Origin: Octopus sinensis
Lineage: Eukaryota
Direction of reading: 5' to 3'
DNA length: 64,000 nt
Assembly: GCF_006345805.1 (NCBI RefSeq)
Contig: NC_043005.1
Span: forward strand, 42,036,001 to 42,100,000
The notes below the pieces were generated by a model. That model was not told the origin of the DNA and searched no databases. It saw only the letters and a list, made by a program, of their open reading frames with translations. The position numbers were made by a program, and so were the translations under genes. Every line of letters begins with the position of its first letter. Position 1 is the first letter of the stretch. Shown here in pieces: positions 25,601 through 40,107 of this stretch.

Positions 25601-27762
25601 TATATTTTAATTCATGTTCACATACTTCACTGTAAATATTTCGTCTCATAACTATAGCTTTTGAGTTTTTGTATATTTATTTACCCGCTTTTCCAAAAAA
25701 TTACCTCCCCATTTTCAGAATAATAACGATCAACAATTACCTCCCCGTATATTTTTCTACCTGTTGATTAATTTCATTCACAAACCCCAATAAACTATAT
25801 TCATTTGCGTATTTGTTTGACGAATATACTTTCACTCTGAGAGCTGTGTCACATATATAACAACGTGAATATAGGGCAATAAGGTGTTTGGCTCTTGAAG
25901 TCGTGGTTCGGTCAGAGAATAAAGTTAGCTTATAACTAATCTACATCGCCGTATCTATCCCTATCGTTTTAAATATGATTTTGTAATCAAGGTAAATAAT
26001 AAAATCCAATTTGAAAATTCAATTTGTAATTTGGAAATAAGCACCTAAGGTCAGTGGATAATCACAGTAGATTATCACATGTTTTTAAAAAGGGTATTAG
26101 CTACATCACACTTCCTGACATTCTAACGGCACCCAAATATTAGTCACACATTTAGGTCTACAGACCATTCAGTTTGCTTTCCTTGCTCTAAACAGAAAGC
26201 ACAATATGTAATATTTCATAAAAAGGTTACCGCCCCGAAAGGCATGAACGTATTCTGAAGTTGATTCGGTATAAAAAATGAAGCTTCAAGCTTATATCAC
26301 AGATATTTATGAGAACCAAGAGTACTATAAAAGTTAGTAAGATGGAATAAAAATGATATACGCTGCTAAATTTCCTTTAATTTATCCCGTCTTAAACATT
26401 TCTTTCTATTCTTTAGATCTGTAATGAATAAGTACCGATATATGCGTTTACTGTTTCAGTCATACTATAGGTAAATAAAACAATGGGCATTCTCTCTAAA
26501 TATGTATATTAGATGGCGACAAAAGATACCTTTATTATGATGATTATGGTCAGCATTATCGTTTATAGTCCCTGTGCTTATTCCAGCTGCCTCTATTTCT
26601 GTTTAAATCCGTAATCAGTTTCGTTTCCTCATTATTCAACATAAATATTTAGAGATTTTTATGCTTTTCCATCGTATGATATATTTCATTCCTGGAAAAA
26701 GACATTAAAATATGTATACTACATCTATTAGATAAATGCGAAGCATCTGTTACGTATTCGTATTAATTTGTGATATCCAAATATCCCTCAGGGTAACGTT
26801 TAAATATTAAAAGAATAATTGAGAACACTGTAGTAAAAGTTTATCGTGTATATTTAGCCATTCTAATGAAAGAAGGAAAGTGATATTTAAAGAAGAACAA
26901 GCTGCAATTTCTTGGAGATCAAACAAGCTCATAGAAACTATCTCGCTAGTTCGTAATGCGTTTCCATGTCAAGAAATAAACAAGGAGAACTGGGTAAAAA
27001 AGCAATCACGATGTTCTGGAGAGTGGAGTATGTTACTCGGTTAAGCAGACATGCTAAAACTGGAAAGATGTATCGTGCCTCATTAGTGGCGGACTACTGC
27101 GTGTCTTAAGACTATTTTATCCGGTATGATTTGGCTTTGCAGACATACAAGCATACATGGTGCAAGTCAACTTAAGAGCGACTATTATCACTTCATAAAC
27201 CTACTAAGTCCGTGCAAATGTTCTTTCCGAGAGTCCAAGAAGTTCTCGTACGAGCATTTGTTTTGAGTGGGTAAAAGTGTTGCACAGAACTGAACCTACG
27301 TTTCAGCGATTTCAGCAATAAAACCAGTGGGACAACAAAGTTTGAGACAACCGGAAACCAACTCCACACTGGGTTTTTCTATACGGGTTTAACTTCTCTT
27401 AGAAAGGAATTTTAATGAGAACTAGGGTTACTTGAGTCCCAATGGTTTACATACAAACTAACCCACAGCTGGAAACTTGACGGGTGTTACTACTTTGGGT
27501 CAAAATATAGCTGGGTACAATAGTGGTTAAAAGGTGATTCCACAGTCATTAAAAGCCTGAAACATGCATACATATATGCATACGTATTTACATACATTCA
27601 TACATACGTACGTATATACCTAAATACATATACACATACATACGTACAAACAAACATACATACAGACATACATGCAAGCACTCACACACACAGATACATA
27701 CATGCACACATACACATACATACATACATACATACATACATACATACATACATACATACATG

Positions 27763-27794
<32 letters not shown>

Positions 27795-28587
27795 CATAGA
27801 GCCTAATAACAGAAATTTCCACCTAAAACTCTATGAAAAAATATTGTGATAAATCAGCCCTCTATATATGAATGCTTATGTGTCAGAAAATGTCATTTAG
27901 ATTAACAAATGCCCCATATTTTTCTCTCGAAATCGACTATAGGGATCCGGTCATTAATTTACTAAAGTTTTCAAATTATTTAATTGCTAAGTATTCTTGT
28001 ACACAAACACCAAAAGCTTATACTCACGCAATCTCTTTCTCTAACTTACACTCATCCACGCGCACACAAACACACACAGTCAAACATACATACACATAGG
28101 TGGGTTTCTGCAACTTTAGTTCAATACACACTTGAAACCGAAAAAAATCACATCGACCAAATTAATCGTAAACTTGAATATTCACAAAATATAAATTTAA
28201 GGATATTGTATACGTGTGATTAAGTTGATATGTAAACATTCGGATACAGTTTTTGAAGATTATGTTTAATGGGCAACACGAATGGAGGGAACATAGATAG
28301 ACTGTTTCTTTCTCTAAGGTGCGTGCATCTTGGATGATAGTGTTATTCAGAGTAGAGATGACAAGAAACACCGGATGCTAATAGCTCGTTTGTATTTACC
28401 TCTTGCTTGGAAAAAAGATAGTGCACATCAATTTTCACAGCATTAAATGCCGGGTGATATTAATTTTTTTTTCCGAATAGATACTATTATTCGCAAGGTT
28501 GTATCCTGTTAGGTAACAGATTTAAATATGTGTGTTCGTGTGTACACATATGTAGTGTATGTATAGTATGTATATGCATATATATAT

Positions 28588-28629
<42 letters not shown>

Positions 28630-28725
28630 ATATATAAATTTATATATATATATAAATGTGACCGCGTGTGTACCGCTGGCGATTTTTTCCTCCGTCTTCC
28701 CTTCTCTGGATCTTTCCTTTTTCTA

Positions 28726-28762
28726 TGTTTCTGACGAAGAGCTCCACTCGAAACGTTAGACG
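28726..28762 (+). ncRNA. Minimal type I hammerhead ribozyme motif in a short repeat (about 28655-28830)
   Basis: Helix I TGTTT/AGACG, core CTGACGA plus an extra A, helix II GAG-ctcca-CTC, GAAA, palindromic ACGT helix III, GUU triplet. Confidence 0.7.
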
Positions 28763-28904
28763 CTCCTTCTTCCCATCCTTCCTGAGCGTCCAATAACACT
28801 ATAATTGTTCCACGTCTTCGCGTTGTTGTGCTACCTCATCCACAGAATAATATGAATATGATAGGAGCTTTTTTACACACTTTACTTAAAGTATTTATAC
28901 ATAT

Positions 28905-28935
<31 letters not shown>

Positions 28936-28985
28936 AGTCCATTTAAGTGAAACGTTTTATGGTGCGATCACATATATATATGTGT

Positions 28986-29042
<57 letters not shown>

Positions 29043-29829
29043 TTCAGTAAAAATTTAGATTCAGTTGAATATGGTACTCGAGTTAAAGGCACCAGAATTT
29101 GGTATTATCCATATAATTCAAAATAGGGAGATTATAATCAAAATAAGCAACAAGGATATCCTTGTTGTTTATTTTGATTATATATATATATATACATCAC
29201 ATTATATTACACGACCAGGAACGAGCTTTTGAATCTCCATCTGCATTTCTGTGTTTTCAAAAGGAGAACTGCGATGACAGCTGTGGTAGTTTTCATGATT
29301 TTCCGTCAGCTCTACATTTCAAATCAGGCCGCAGTTTGCTTTAGTCATCTTCGGTCTTTTTCCCTTAGATTGTCTTTAAGGAAACCGTACTAATAGCAGT
29401 TAGATAGCGTATTTAGTCCACTATGAAACTGAAACATAGATTGAAATTATGCAAAATTTTATCCACGAAAATATTTATAACACTTTCTACCATAGCCTGA
29501 AATTTAAAGGAGCGGGTTTTTATGTTCACCTGGTACTTGTTTCATTTCTACTACGGAGCACCTTGGGTAAATCTCTTCTGCTGTAGCCTCAGGTCGACAA
29601 AAGCTTTGTGAGTGGATTTAGTAGACGCAATCTGAAAGAAGCGCGACGACCATAAAAGAATAAAAGAAATGGTTATCCACTAGTACAGCTTCCTAATCAA
29701 CTTAGCAGGTGAACATGAAAAATATTGTAATTTCATACTACTCACAAAATCTCGAGAAATTTATTTCCAGGAAACAGTCGAACTACTATCAAAAATATTC
29801 AGTGATAAGAGTTCCCTAGTTAACACTTA

Positions 29830-30890
29830 ATGGGAGTGTTGGAATCTAGTTAAAAGAGGGGATGAAAACTTTGTCACGTGACCATAAACCGAATGTGCAT
29901 AAGGTTTAAACTAAAGGAACTAACCCCTGATTTGCTTAAATGCATCATATATTGTACAACAAGATAACTGCAAGCGTTCTCACAAAACTTAAACAAGAGG
30001 ACCAAAGTCTAACCCTGCAGACAGTTGAAAGGGTAAACTTACGTCAGGACTTATACAAAATTGAAGTGAAGGAGATCTTACAAGTACAATCGAACCGAAT
30101 GGGAACGTATAAACAAAAAATGTTAAGACTAAACTCATGCAACGGATGTGGAGTCCTACATTTCAGAAAGGATTGTCCTTTCAAAATGCAAAAATGTTAC
30201 AGCTGCTAAAAGCTAGGACAGAAGAGCTCACATTGCAGAGCAAAGTTAGGAAGGTCGAACATAAAAATTAAAACATTTTTTTCAATGTAAAGTAGAAGCG
30301 ATACCAAAAAGAAGGAAATTTGTACTTGTAAAAGTAAACGAAGTGAATATTAGATTACAACTAAATACTGTTAGCGACATTTCGATTATTAATACTGACA
30401 CGTGAATACGAATTAAGAAACCTATGTTAAGAAAAACATCAAAAATTGCACGAGGAGTGACAGGTAAGCGAAATGTAGAGTGATATCACATTTCGGAAAA
30501 AAAACCTGTGGAGCAAAAGTTTTCGTGATTAAGAAAAACGCAACCAATCTGTTCAGTACGGACTGATTAGAGTTGACTGACTTATTGAACACTTCACCAT
30601 AAGTCTGGTCCTTAATAAATAAATAGGTGTCCCACCAGTGAAATTAACACAGCAGCTGAATTGAAGAAAAATTTTGAAAACGTTTCGTGAAGTACTTTCG
30701 GATAAATTAATTCTCTGTTCTAACACTAAGGCCTGTTTTCAAATAAAGGAAAACGTCGTATCTGTGTTCAAACCTAATAGAAAGGTACAATTTGCTGCGA
30801 TAAACGAGGTAGAGGAAGAAATAGACAGACTGGAGAACTTGCGAATTATCCAAAAAGTAGAATATTCTAAGTGGATAGCACCAACTCCAT
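29830..30890 (+). mobile_element. Decayed Ty3/Gypsy remnant: gag zinc knuckles, protease and start of RT
   Basis: CNGCGVLHFRKDC and CYSC*KLGQKSSHC knuckles; LQLNTVSDISII (DTGS-like); IARGVTGK; PNRKVQFAAINEVEEEIDRLENLRIIQKVEYSKWIAP. Confidence 0.8.
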
Positions 30891-32632
30891 TTAAAGTAAC
30901 ATCACAGTAGTAATATAAGCTTTTGAATAGCACTATTTTCTACAATTCTAAATTTGAGTGGAGCATGGGCGAATTTGTATGAGGTTTGGAATAAAAGGAA
31001 AAGGAAAAAAAGCAATCCAGGAAATAAATGTTAAGCAAGCAATACATTTTCCTCTCCTGCTTTTCTCTACGCAGCCATTATTTTTATTTGTATCTATAAT
31101 ATTAATTTGAAAGAATAAAAAAAATCGGGTGTTTCGTTTCTTCTACTAATCTAATCTCCCATATTATGTTACTGATATTTATTTTCTTAACCTTAGTGGG
31201 AGATAAGGCAAATATAGCTCTCTAGATTTACACTTAACAACATGCCTGTTAAGAGTAAAAGTAAATTATAAATCTCTTAATTCGTCGCTCTTTTATGTCA
31301 GCCATTTTTACTAAGCGTTTTGATAAACAAATATTCCTGACTGACGCAACCTTTTACTGGTTACCTTTATCTTTCATTAGACTTAATCACCTATAATAGG
31401 CAGTGGCGCTCTTTTAGTAGAATATATTAGCAAATACTCAATCCAAAATCATTTGCATTTCTTTCATCCTGACTTCATGATAGTAGCTGGTGATAGATAT
31501 GTTCGCCTTTTGTTTTATATCCTAATGTTTTTAACGATAGTATCGCTGGTTACAAGTTTCTAACAAGTCAATCACTGGTTAACAGTATTTATGATGACTT
31601 TGACTTTCAAATCTCTTATAAAACTAACATTAATGCATAGTGAGATAGAGATTTCTTTGAATGGATTGTTGATTTTTCGATGTTCCTAAAGAAAAACAAA
31701 CACATTCGTCTACATGGCTGTTTGGTCCAGATTCTACTTGTCGGAAACAATTTTTGAGCGTCGCTATTTCCTGTATCAAAATTTGTTGCTGTCTTGTTCC
31801 GACTTATGCGTTGGAAATGCTTTTATTCCCACCTGCCATCATTGTATATACAATTTAACATTTAAGTGACAATGTATAATTACATCGACATCTATTATTT
31901 ACCAAGTTTTTATCGCCTCTATATTATTCAAAGTCATAATAGAATCAACAAACCGACAATGCAAACCTATAAATTCATGTCATTTTGATATAATTAACAA
32001 CATATTATTCAGTTTATATGTCAACTTTCTTATACTATTTCTAACAAGAATTGAGCGAAAATAATTATTCGTTCTATGATGAAAAATAATCAGGCATTTT
32101 GTCGATCGATCTCGATTTCAGAGCAAAATGCCTTAGACTATGTTTTATAAAAGAATAAATGCATTTTGTAATTTCAGTGCACAACGAATACAGTACTGAA
32201 GAAAATAAACAGAATACTATGAATTAATGACAGAAGTTTAAAAATATATTCTAAAATTTATGATTTATTTGCAATTAATTTGAGAGAAAGAATATTTTAA
32301 AAAAATATGTCTATATGCCGTGGAAGAGTATTGACACTGATTTAAATATTGTAGAAAAATAATAATGTATAAGCAGTCTCTCAAAATAAATTATTATAAC
32401 TCAAAACGTAATTTATATTGTTCGTTTATATGATTATGAGATATGTTAGCACAGAGTCTTGTAGATATAGCATTTGTTTCATTACCAATAATTTTGGTGG
32501 TAAATGAAGCGTCCCGTGTGTGGAATTATATGTTATATCTGTTAAGCTGAACTTAAATGAGGAGAGTTTTACGAGAATATTCAGCATTTGTAAGTCAATG
32601 AAGAAAGGTGTTATTGTGTGAAGTTCAATATA

Positions 32633-32853
32633 CTGGTTCCAAATATTGGCACAAGATCAACAATTTCGGAGTGGGGAGTTAAGTCGATTACAACGAGCCT
32701 AGTGCTCAACTGGTACTTATTTTATCAACCCAAAAGAATGAAAAGCAAAGTCGACCTCGGTGGAATTTGAACTCAGAACACAAAGACGGACGAAAAGCCG
32801 CCAAGCCTTTTTTTCCAGCGTACTAACAATTCTGCCCTTTCCTCGCCTTATAT
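32633..32853 (-). mobile_element. SINE family A with 14-bp TSD
   Basis: tgaagttcaatata at 32619-32632 and 32854-32867. Confidence 0.85.
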
Positions 32854-33428
32854 TGAAGTTCAATATATTGGCATTGTTGTATAGGATCATCCTCGGGATG
32901 TTCGAGTAATTAGCTTCATTTTAACTTTTTGAACTATTCAAAAATGAGATAACGGAAACTTTAAGGAATACATGTCTGATTAACATTAGTTGATATCATT
33001 TGTTAATTACAAACAAAACGATGACTTCGCAATGGCGATGTTATCCCACCTTTGGTGCGGTCTGCACACATACCAAACTGAGATTCTGTGTACGTCTTTA
33101 AAACTTCTGAAGGAGTAAATTTAGCTCTTAAATATCAAACACAGCACTGCAGTTCAACCTAAAGTATGTAACATATTTAATGATTAAAGATAGACTTTCA
33201 TTTGCTTAGTTGAAATATTCTGCTTTTGATTGAATATAAGTTACAGGAAAGATCGAGTGTTGAGAATTTGAATCCACAAAAAAATATTTTCTAAACGGGA
33301 ATAGTATTATTGTAAAAGCGTAGAATTCCACATAAATTACAGTTTTACTGTTTGTCTTACATTGAGAAATATTACCTCAGTTGAAATAATTTGAAATAAA
33401 TCATTTCTAAAGATTCCCATAATATTAC

Positions 33429-33567
33429 ATGACAGAGCGACTGTTCTTGAGTTCAAATCAACTGCTGACGTGTCTGTGATTGAGTTAACTGCTGATGTGT
33501 CTGTGATTGAGTCATTACATTTCACTTGTCTCATTTCACTGAGCTGACGAAATTCGTCTTGTAAGAT
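33429..33567 (-). CDS. Candidate exon ILQDEFRQLSEMRQVKCNDSITDTSAVNSITDTSAVDLNSRTVALS
   Basis: Acceptor ctctttagcaatcttccag, donor T|gtaata; contains an in-frame 27-nt tandem duplication; the antisense frame has a stop. Confidence 0.35.
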
Positions 33568-33974
33568 CTGGAAGATTGCTAAAGAGATTCTTATTTGAAG
33601 TACTTTAAAAAAAGTCAAAGAACATTAACCATGAAATATAACAATATAACGCTAAAACAAATTTCAGCTTTAAATTGTAGTGTTAAAACATAATTTGCAG
33701 CAACAACTTTTCACTTAAATTTTAGGTGAAAATAATAATTTTTGCAATACTGCTACATATAATGTCTGTAGATGACTTTTTGCACATTCATGAGGTTGAT
33801 AATTTCATTATTATGAAATATATTCTCTGTAAAAATAAATATAAAAATTTTCCATACCTGAAATTAGAGACATATATTGAAAGAAATCAATAATCTACTC
33901 TTTGATCTTGAGGTAATGCCTTTTTGGAAAGGAACAGACTACAGTAGGTTACATCAAGTGTAACATCGCGTGTA

Positions 33975-34330
33975 AAGGTGTGTGGTTCAGTAGTAAGAGC
34001 GTCGAGCTCGCAATCATGAGTTAGCGAGTTCGCTTACTTGACCGTGTTGTGTGCTGTGTTCTTCAGCAAAACACCTTTTTTTTTTCATGTTGCTCCAGTT
34101 CACTCATCTGCAGAAATAAGTTGCGGTGCCAGTTGTGCCAAGCTGCATTGGTTTTTGCTTTTCTCTTGGACAATATCGGTGGCGTTGAGTGGGGTGGTTA
34201 TTCTGCATGGGTGACTGCATGGGTGACTTGTTCCTCGGAGGGTTACTTTCTTGGTGAAATCTCATGGTCATTCATGACAGAAGGGGGTTCTTTACCCTTT
34301 ATTTCTAGCATCAACTCCAGTGGAACTACG
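33975..34330 (+). mobile_element. SINE family C, diverged
   Basis: Homologous to 46378-46712 in the opposite orientation. Confidence 0.75.
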
Positions 34331-34624
34331 TACAAAGTCAACAACATAATTTAGCTCTGAAATTTGAAGCGTAAACTGAGTGTGTGCTCCATCTAAGCCC
34401 TGTCTACCGTTCTCGTTAAAAATGTTAATAATGATATTGATTTCAGCCTCAGACAAAAGTTTCCTTATTTAGAAGGGTCTCAACAGTTTCCTTATTGAGT
34501 GGATTCAAACAGGTTTTATGATCCAGAAGTATTTTTACTTCTAATTCAGAGACATGGTTTCAAAGTCACGTGACATTTCAGCTGTAAACGCAAGGAAAAA
34601 CACAAGATACTAAATATCGGCTTC

Positions 34625-35090
34625 ATATTTTGGCATAAGGCAGCAATTTCACGGGAGGGGTTAAGTCAATTACATAGACCCTAGCGGTCGACTGGTAATT
34701 ATTTTCTCGACTTAAGAATGTCACCCTCAGGACGTAAAAGTGGACGGAATGCCGCTAAGCGCTTTCCTCGGCGTGCCCTCGATTCTGCTAGCTTGTTGCT
34801 CTCAGGATATTGAATATTAACAAATCAAGGACTTCATTCTTTTATTCTTATACTTCTTTTAGTCATGTGATTGTAGCCATGCTGGAGCATCGCCTTGAAA
34901 GGCTTTAAGTCGAACAAATCAACACTAGGACTTATATCTTAAGCATAGTACATATTCTGTCTGTCTCTTTTGCCGAAACGCTATGTTACTGGGATATAAA
35001 TACACCAGCACCGGTTGTCAAGGAGGATGAGGGGATAAAGACAGACACAAAGACATATGTATACACACACACACACACGCACACAAATTT
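34625..35090 (-). mobile_element. Adjacent decayed SINE A (34625-34800) and SINE D 3' half (34840-35090)
   Basis: Homology to family copies in this window. Confidence 0.7.
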
Positions 35091-36058
35091 CAGAGCTGGA
35101 AAGCAGGTATGATAACTAGGTTCATTGAAATATTCTTGTAAGCGCAGGCTTATATTTCACAAATAAAACTGCCAATGTTTCAAATTGCCGACAATGTGTT
35201 GCCTCTGCTAAAAGTTCGCCACAGCTTTTAGATAATCTTCTTTCGAAGAGAACCTTTTTGCATCGGCAAATTTCTGAAAGAAAGTAAGGAAAATAAATTG
35301 AGCCTGTAAACTTTTTTGCAGCCATCGAATTTGGGCTATGACGTTCTAGTTGCGAGAGATGCAATTTTTCCACGAAAAGCATACAGATGCTATGCAAATG
35401 GGGCGTGTGAACCAGTGGTAGATGTATAAGGAAAATATAACTGCATTTACTCATACCACAAGTCGAAAACGGTGCAACTAGTGTTGCTCGGTAGAGTGTC
35501 TTAGAAAGAGCGTAGTGCAGTCGTTAGTTGCACTTATTAATATGACGTACTAAATCATATTCTGTAGGAGTTGAATAAATTCTAGTCAAACACTGGGGTC
35601 GATGAATTACTGGTATATTAGAAAATTCAAACATGCTGTTTAAGTATTAATTAATATTTAAAATATTGAAATTACTCAAAAGCTTGCGGTGGATGTCGCG
35701 ACAATTCCAAAAGGAACAGAATTTCAAGTGCTTCCATTACCGAAAATAATTTACAATGTCACTTTGAATAGGCGCAACAGTTTATGACATAAGTGCAACT
35801 TTTGAAATATAGATATAGCATGCCGGCCAGATTTCACAAAATTCCATCTACTCCATTTGACAATATGGTTCGATTCGCCATCAAGCTATATAGTAGAGGA
35901 CACTTCTTTAAGTGTCATAATTATGAAGCAGGTGTTTTAATTCTTGGATCATGATTCGAGAATTATATTATACCAGAATATTTTGCTTTTATTTTTGGAT
36001 TATCTCAAAGAACACACATAAAGCTATGAAAAATAGCATGTAAAATATTAGGGTGAAA

Positions 36059-36110
<52 letters not shown>

Positions 36111-37059
36111 CAATACTAAATTGTATAATTTAGATATGGTTTGAAGATCAACATGGCTACATCCCACTATCCACTATCGCACACTACCACATTGTATAGT
36201 AGACAACAAAACTTCTCTGTAAAACACAGTTGTGCTATATTTTATTGTGCCACATACTACCAGTTGAAAATTAGCTAAAGTGCAGTACATTATTTCAAAT
36301 GCTGCATACCCTTCTACTCGGTAGTTTTGTTCTTTTATGCAATACATTGGTAGGCGATAGTACATCACATTTAGTATCATAGTCGCCAATTTACGCAAAA
36401 AATTATAAACACTAACGCATATACATACACGCATACGACTCTAAATACATATATGCATAAAACATATACACACACCATAATTGCAATTCATAGCTTTGTT
36501 TAAAATTATATCTTTAGTACTAATGATAACAACAGTACTTTCACATTCACACACATGCATATACAGACACACATGTACATATAGACACAACAATACACAT
36601 GTATATAAAAGTGTGCGCATGTGTGAGTATAAGTGCATGTATTGCTCACTAGCCAAATTTACCCGACTAGTTGCACTAGTAGAGCTAGTTTCACTTATAC
36701 TAACTACACTGTAGAGCTGGTTTCACTATACTACACGTTTCCAGCACGATAACGCTAGGTAGGAGGACTTGTTTTTCATGCCTACGTAGTTGCATCGGCT
36801 AATGCTACATCTACAGGGTACGACGACTACTGCTGTACGCAAATACCCGGTAGCAATGGTATTGCTAGCACACTAACTGTTACAGTTGTTGCTGCTTGCT
36901 GCTAGCTGTTCTGAGTGCAGCTGACTCCAATCAACCTTTCCCTTCCCAACCATTATACCATTTACCATTTACCTTCCAACCGCCAAGCCACCCCACACCA
37001 AACCCACTTCCTACTCCTTCATATTTTCTTCATATTTTTTTTCTTCTTTTTCATTGTTC

Positions 37060-37060
<1 letters not shown>

Positions 37061-37123
<63 letters not shown>

Positions 37124-37397
37124 CACCACTACTACTGCTGTTGCGAAGACTAGTGTTGCTGCTAGTGTGACTGCTTGCTACCGCAACGTGCATGAAAGCA
37201 GAAAAGAAAGGGAATCTATCGGATATTCTCAACAACAAGCATCGGGTTACGGATACACTTCTGGATCAGTTGGTGCGTTATGAACCGCTGCTGTATCTAG
37301 CAGCAAGTACGCCTGCTCATTATGTATCTATGTCAGTGTACCATGTATATGTGCGTGTATATATATGTATACGCCATGTTATATATATATGTATATA

Positions 37398-37449
<52 letters not shown>

Positions 37450-37468
37450 ACATACATACATATATATA

Positions 37469-37510
<42 letters not shown>

Positions 37511-37778
37511 GTGTGTGTGTACATGTGCATCTGCGTGTATGTGTATATATATATACACATCACATACACATATATGCATATTTGCTTGCGTATATACGAA
37601 ATAATTATGAGTGCGTATATATACATATATATATATATAAATATCTGAATAAATATATATGCATATATATATATACATATATGTATGTACATGTATGTAT
37701 ATATATATATATATATATATACATAAATATATTCATTTATTTACATATGTATCTGTATATAAAGATATGTATATGTAT

Positions 37779-37815
<37 letters not shown>

Positions 37816-37930
37816 TGTGTGTGCGTATATATATATATATATATATACATATATACGTAAATACACACACTGACACACGCACATGTACATATTCATACAC
37901 ACACACACACACATGCACATATATATATAT

Positions 37931-37982
<52 letters not shown>

Positions 37983-37990
37983 TGTGCGTG
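37061..37990. repeat. (ACT)n tract and a long mixed (TA)/(TG)/(CA) microsatellite field
   Basis: Direct inspection; source of many spurious IYIY and VCVC ORFs. Confidence 0.9.
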
Positions 37991-38814
37991 TCTCTGTGTG
38001 AGGGTTTATGAATATATGTGCGTGTGTGTTTCTGTGCAAAGACATATGAAGAAATTGCTGAACGACTAGTTCATACGGAATAGGTAAATGAAGCAAATAA
38101 AATAAAAGCGAAAGTGAAGAGGAAAGATGGGAGGCGAAGAAGCGAATGCGCTGATAGTAAAGGATGCTCTCCTTGTATCTGCTTCTTTTTCTCTTCTCAT
38201 TTCTTTAGGAAGAGGAACAGGAGTAATAAAGAAGCGAGAGTCAATATGTTTTGTAACAGATGGATAAAATGATACAATAGTATTATGGGTATTATAGAGC
38301 TAATTTAAGGAAAAGATTTATGGTTATCAACTTTCAAATCTTAGACATGTACACGCCCTGTTATATATATATATTAGCACACACAAATAAACTCATACAA
38401 ACACACAATCACACGTATATTTTATTTACAAGAGGACATACACACATGCACACATGCATATATATATATATGTATGTATGTATAGGAATAGTGGATCTCG
38501 AAGCAAGTGATAAAATTTTAGATAATACCATATGAATATTAGATTGAAAAAACCTTTTGGATACAAAGTCGAACGGTTCCCGTCGACCATATATGTGTGA
38601 GGGGGTGGGGGGGGTTTAGGTGCTTTGTTTCGAAGTTAATAACGCTACCAATGGTTTCATGAGCAGTGATTCTTTACAAGTAAGAGTATATTTAAAATAC
38701 TTGCCCATCATTGCGATGCTGAGCACTGATTCTCACTGTTCCACTTAAGTGTGTGTGTACACCCACATATACGCACAAGCACTCACGTACATATTCATAC
38801 ACACACACACACAC

Positions 38815-38888
<74 letters not shown>

Positions 38889-39109
38889 CATATATATATA
38901 TATATATCGAAAGAGAGAGACAGAGAGCGAGAGGAGAGGCAGACAGAGAGGTAGACAGACAGACAGACTGATAGAGAGAGAGAGAGAGAGAGATAGAGAG
39001 AGAGCGATGTTTCTTTATTAGCCACATAGGGCTGAACACAAAGGGGACAATTTACAAAGAAGAGCTTTTCATTCATGGGAGAAAAGAAAGAGAGAGAGAG
39101 AGGGGGGGC

Positions 39110-39110
<1 letters not shown>

Positions 39111-39155
<45 letters not shown>

Positions 39156-39196
39156 TTTAGATAGATAGATAGATAGATAGATAGACAGACAGACAT

Positions 39197-39274
<78 letters not shown>

Positions 39275-39290
39275 GGATGGATGGATAGAC
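39111..39290 (+). repeat. (GATA)n microsatellite
   Basis: Direct inspection. Confidence 0.95.
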
Positions 39291-39782
39291 AGATATGGAT
39301 AATATAAGTTCATACATATCTACATACTTAGATAAGTATGATAAATATCTGTATATAATAAGCGACCGGTGTTTTGTAGTTACTTCCTTGTTTCAGACTC
39401 TGCTTAGTCTAATCGGTTGCGAGATCGGTATCTCTATGGATATAAGGTTTTTATCTATAACACTCTCAGAACATTTCAACCACATGTACGCGTATCTACG
39501 ACCTGTGGTATTTAGGTCTGCGATCTGCTCAAACACCTAGAAAGGCTTGCAGCAGATATTAATCTCATAATACATGACCTCCTAGTCGAAAACCCAGATC
39601 ACTCGGCTCTTTCATCTTCGTTAGACAAATAAAACATACAGAACACGTATACACACACGTAGGCGCACACATACACATCCACAAGCACACCCACTTACTC
39701 ACACATACACGGACAAACATGCTCACAGACACGCACATACACACAATACACACACACACGTACATATTTGTGTATGTATGTA

Positions 39783-39873
<91 letters not shown>

Positions 39874-40055
39874 AAAGGGCTTAGTAAAATAAATTACTTT
39901 GCCGCATACTGAACTCATTAGAAATAGTAGCTAAAAAAAACTTTTTTAAAACTATTTCTAATACTTAAAGAAAACCTCTCTCATGTAGTGTTTGCTCAAT
40001 TCAACTCACGAAAGTATGGGGGTAAAGACATTAAAAATCAAATGCAAAGGTTATT

Positions 40056-40107
40056 TGAGAACGTACGTTTCAAGATTAGTCAACTCGACATTTCTATCAT
40101 CAGCTCA
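40056..40107 (-). ncRNA. Type I hammerhead motif (inverted copy)
   Basis: Reverse complement of 40315-40366. Confidence 0.6.

Noticed and set aside
31722-31865. + frame FYLSETIFERRYFLYQN resembling exon 553 (EVIFEHRLYLL)
   Set aside because: The similarity covers about 10 residues only, consistent with chance.
35122-35454. 110-aa minus ORF and an open antiparallel + frame with donor AA|gtaagg
   Set aside because: Strand is ambiguous, no motif is recognisable, and only one good splice site exists per strand.
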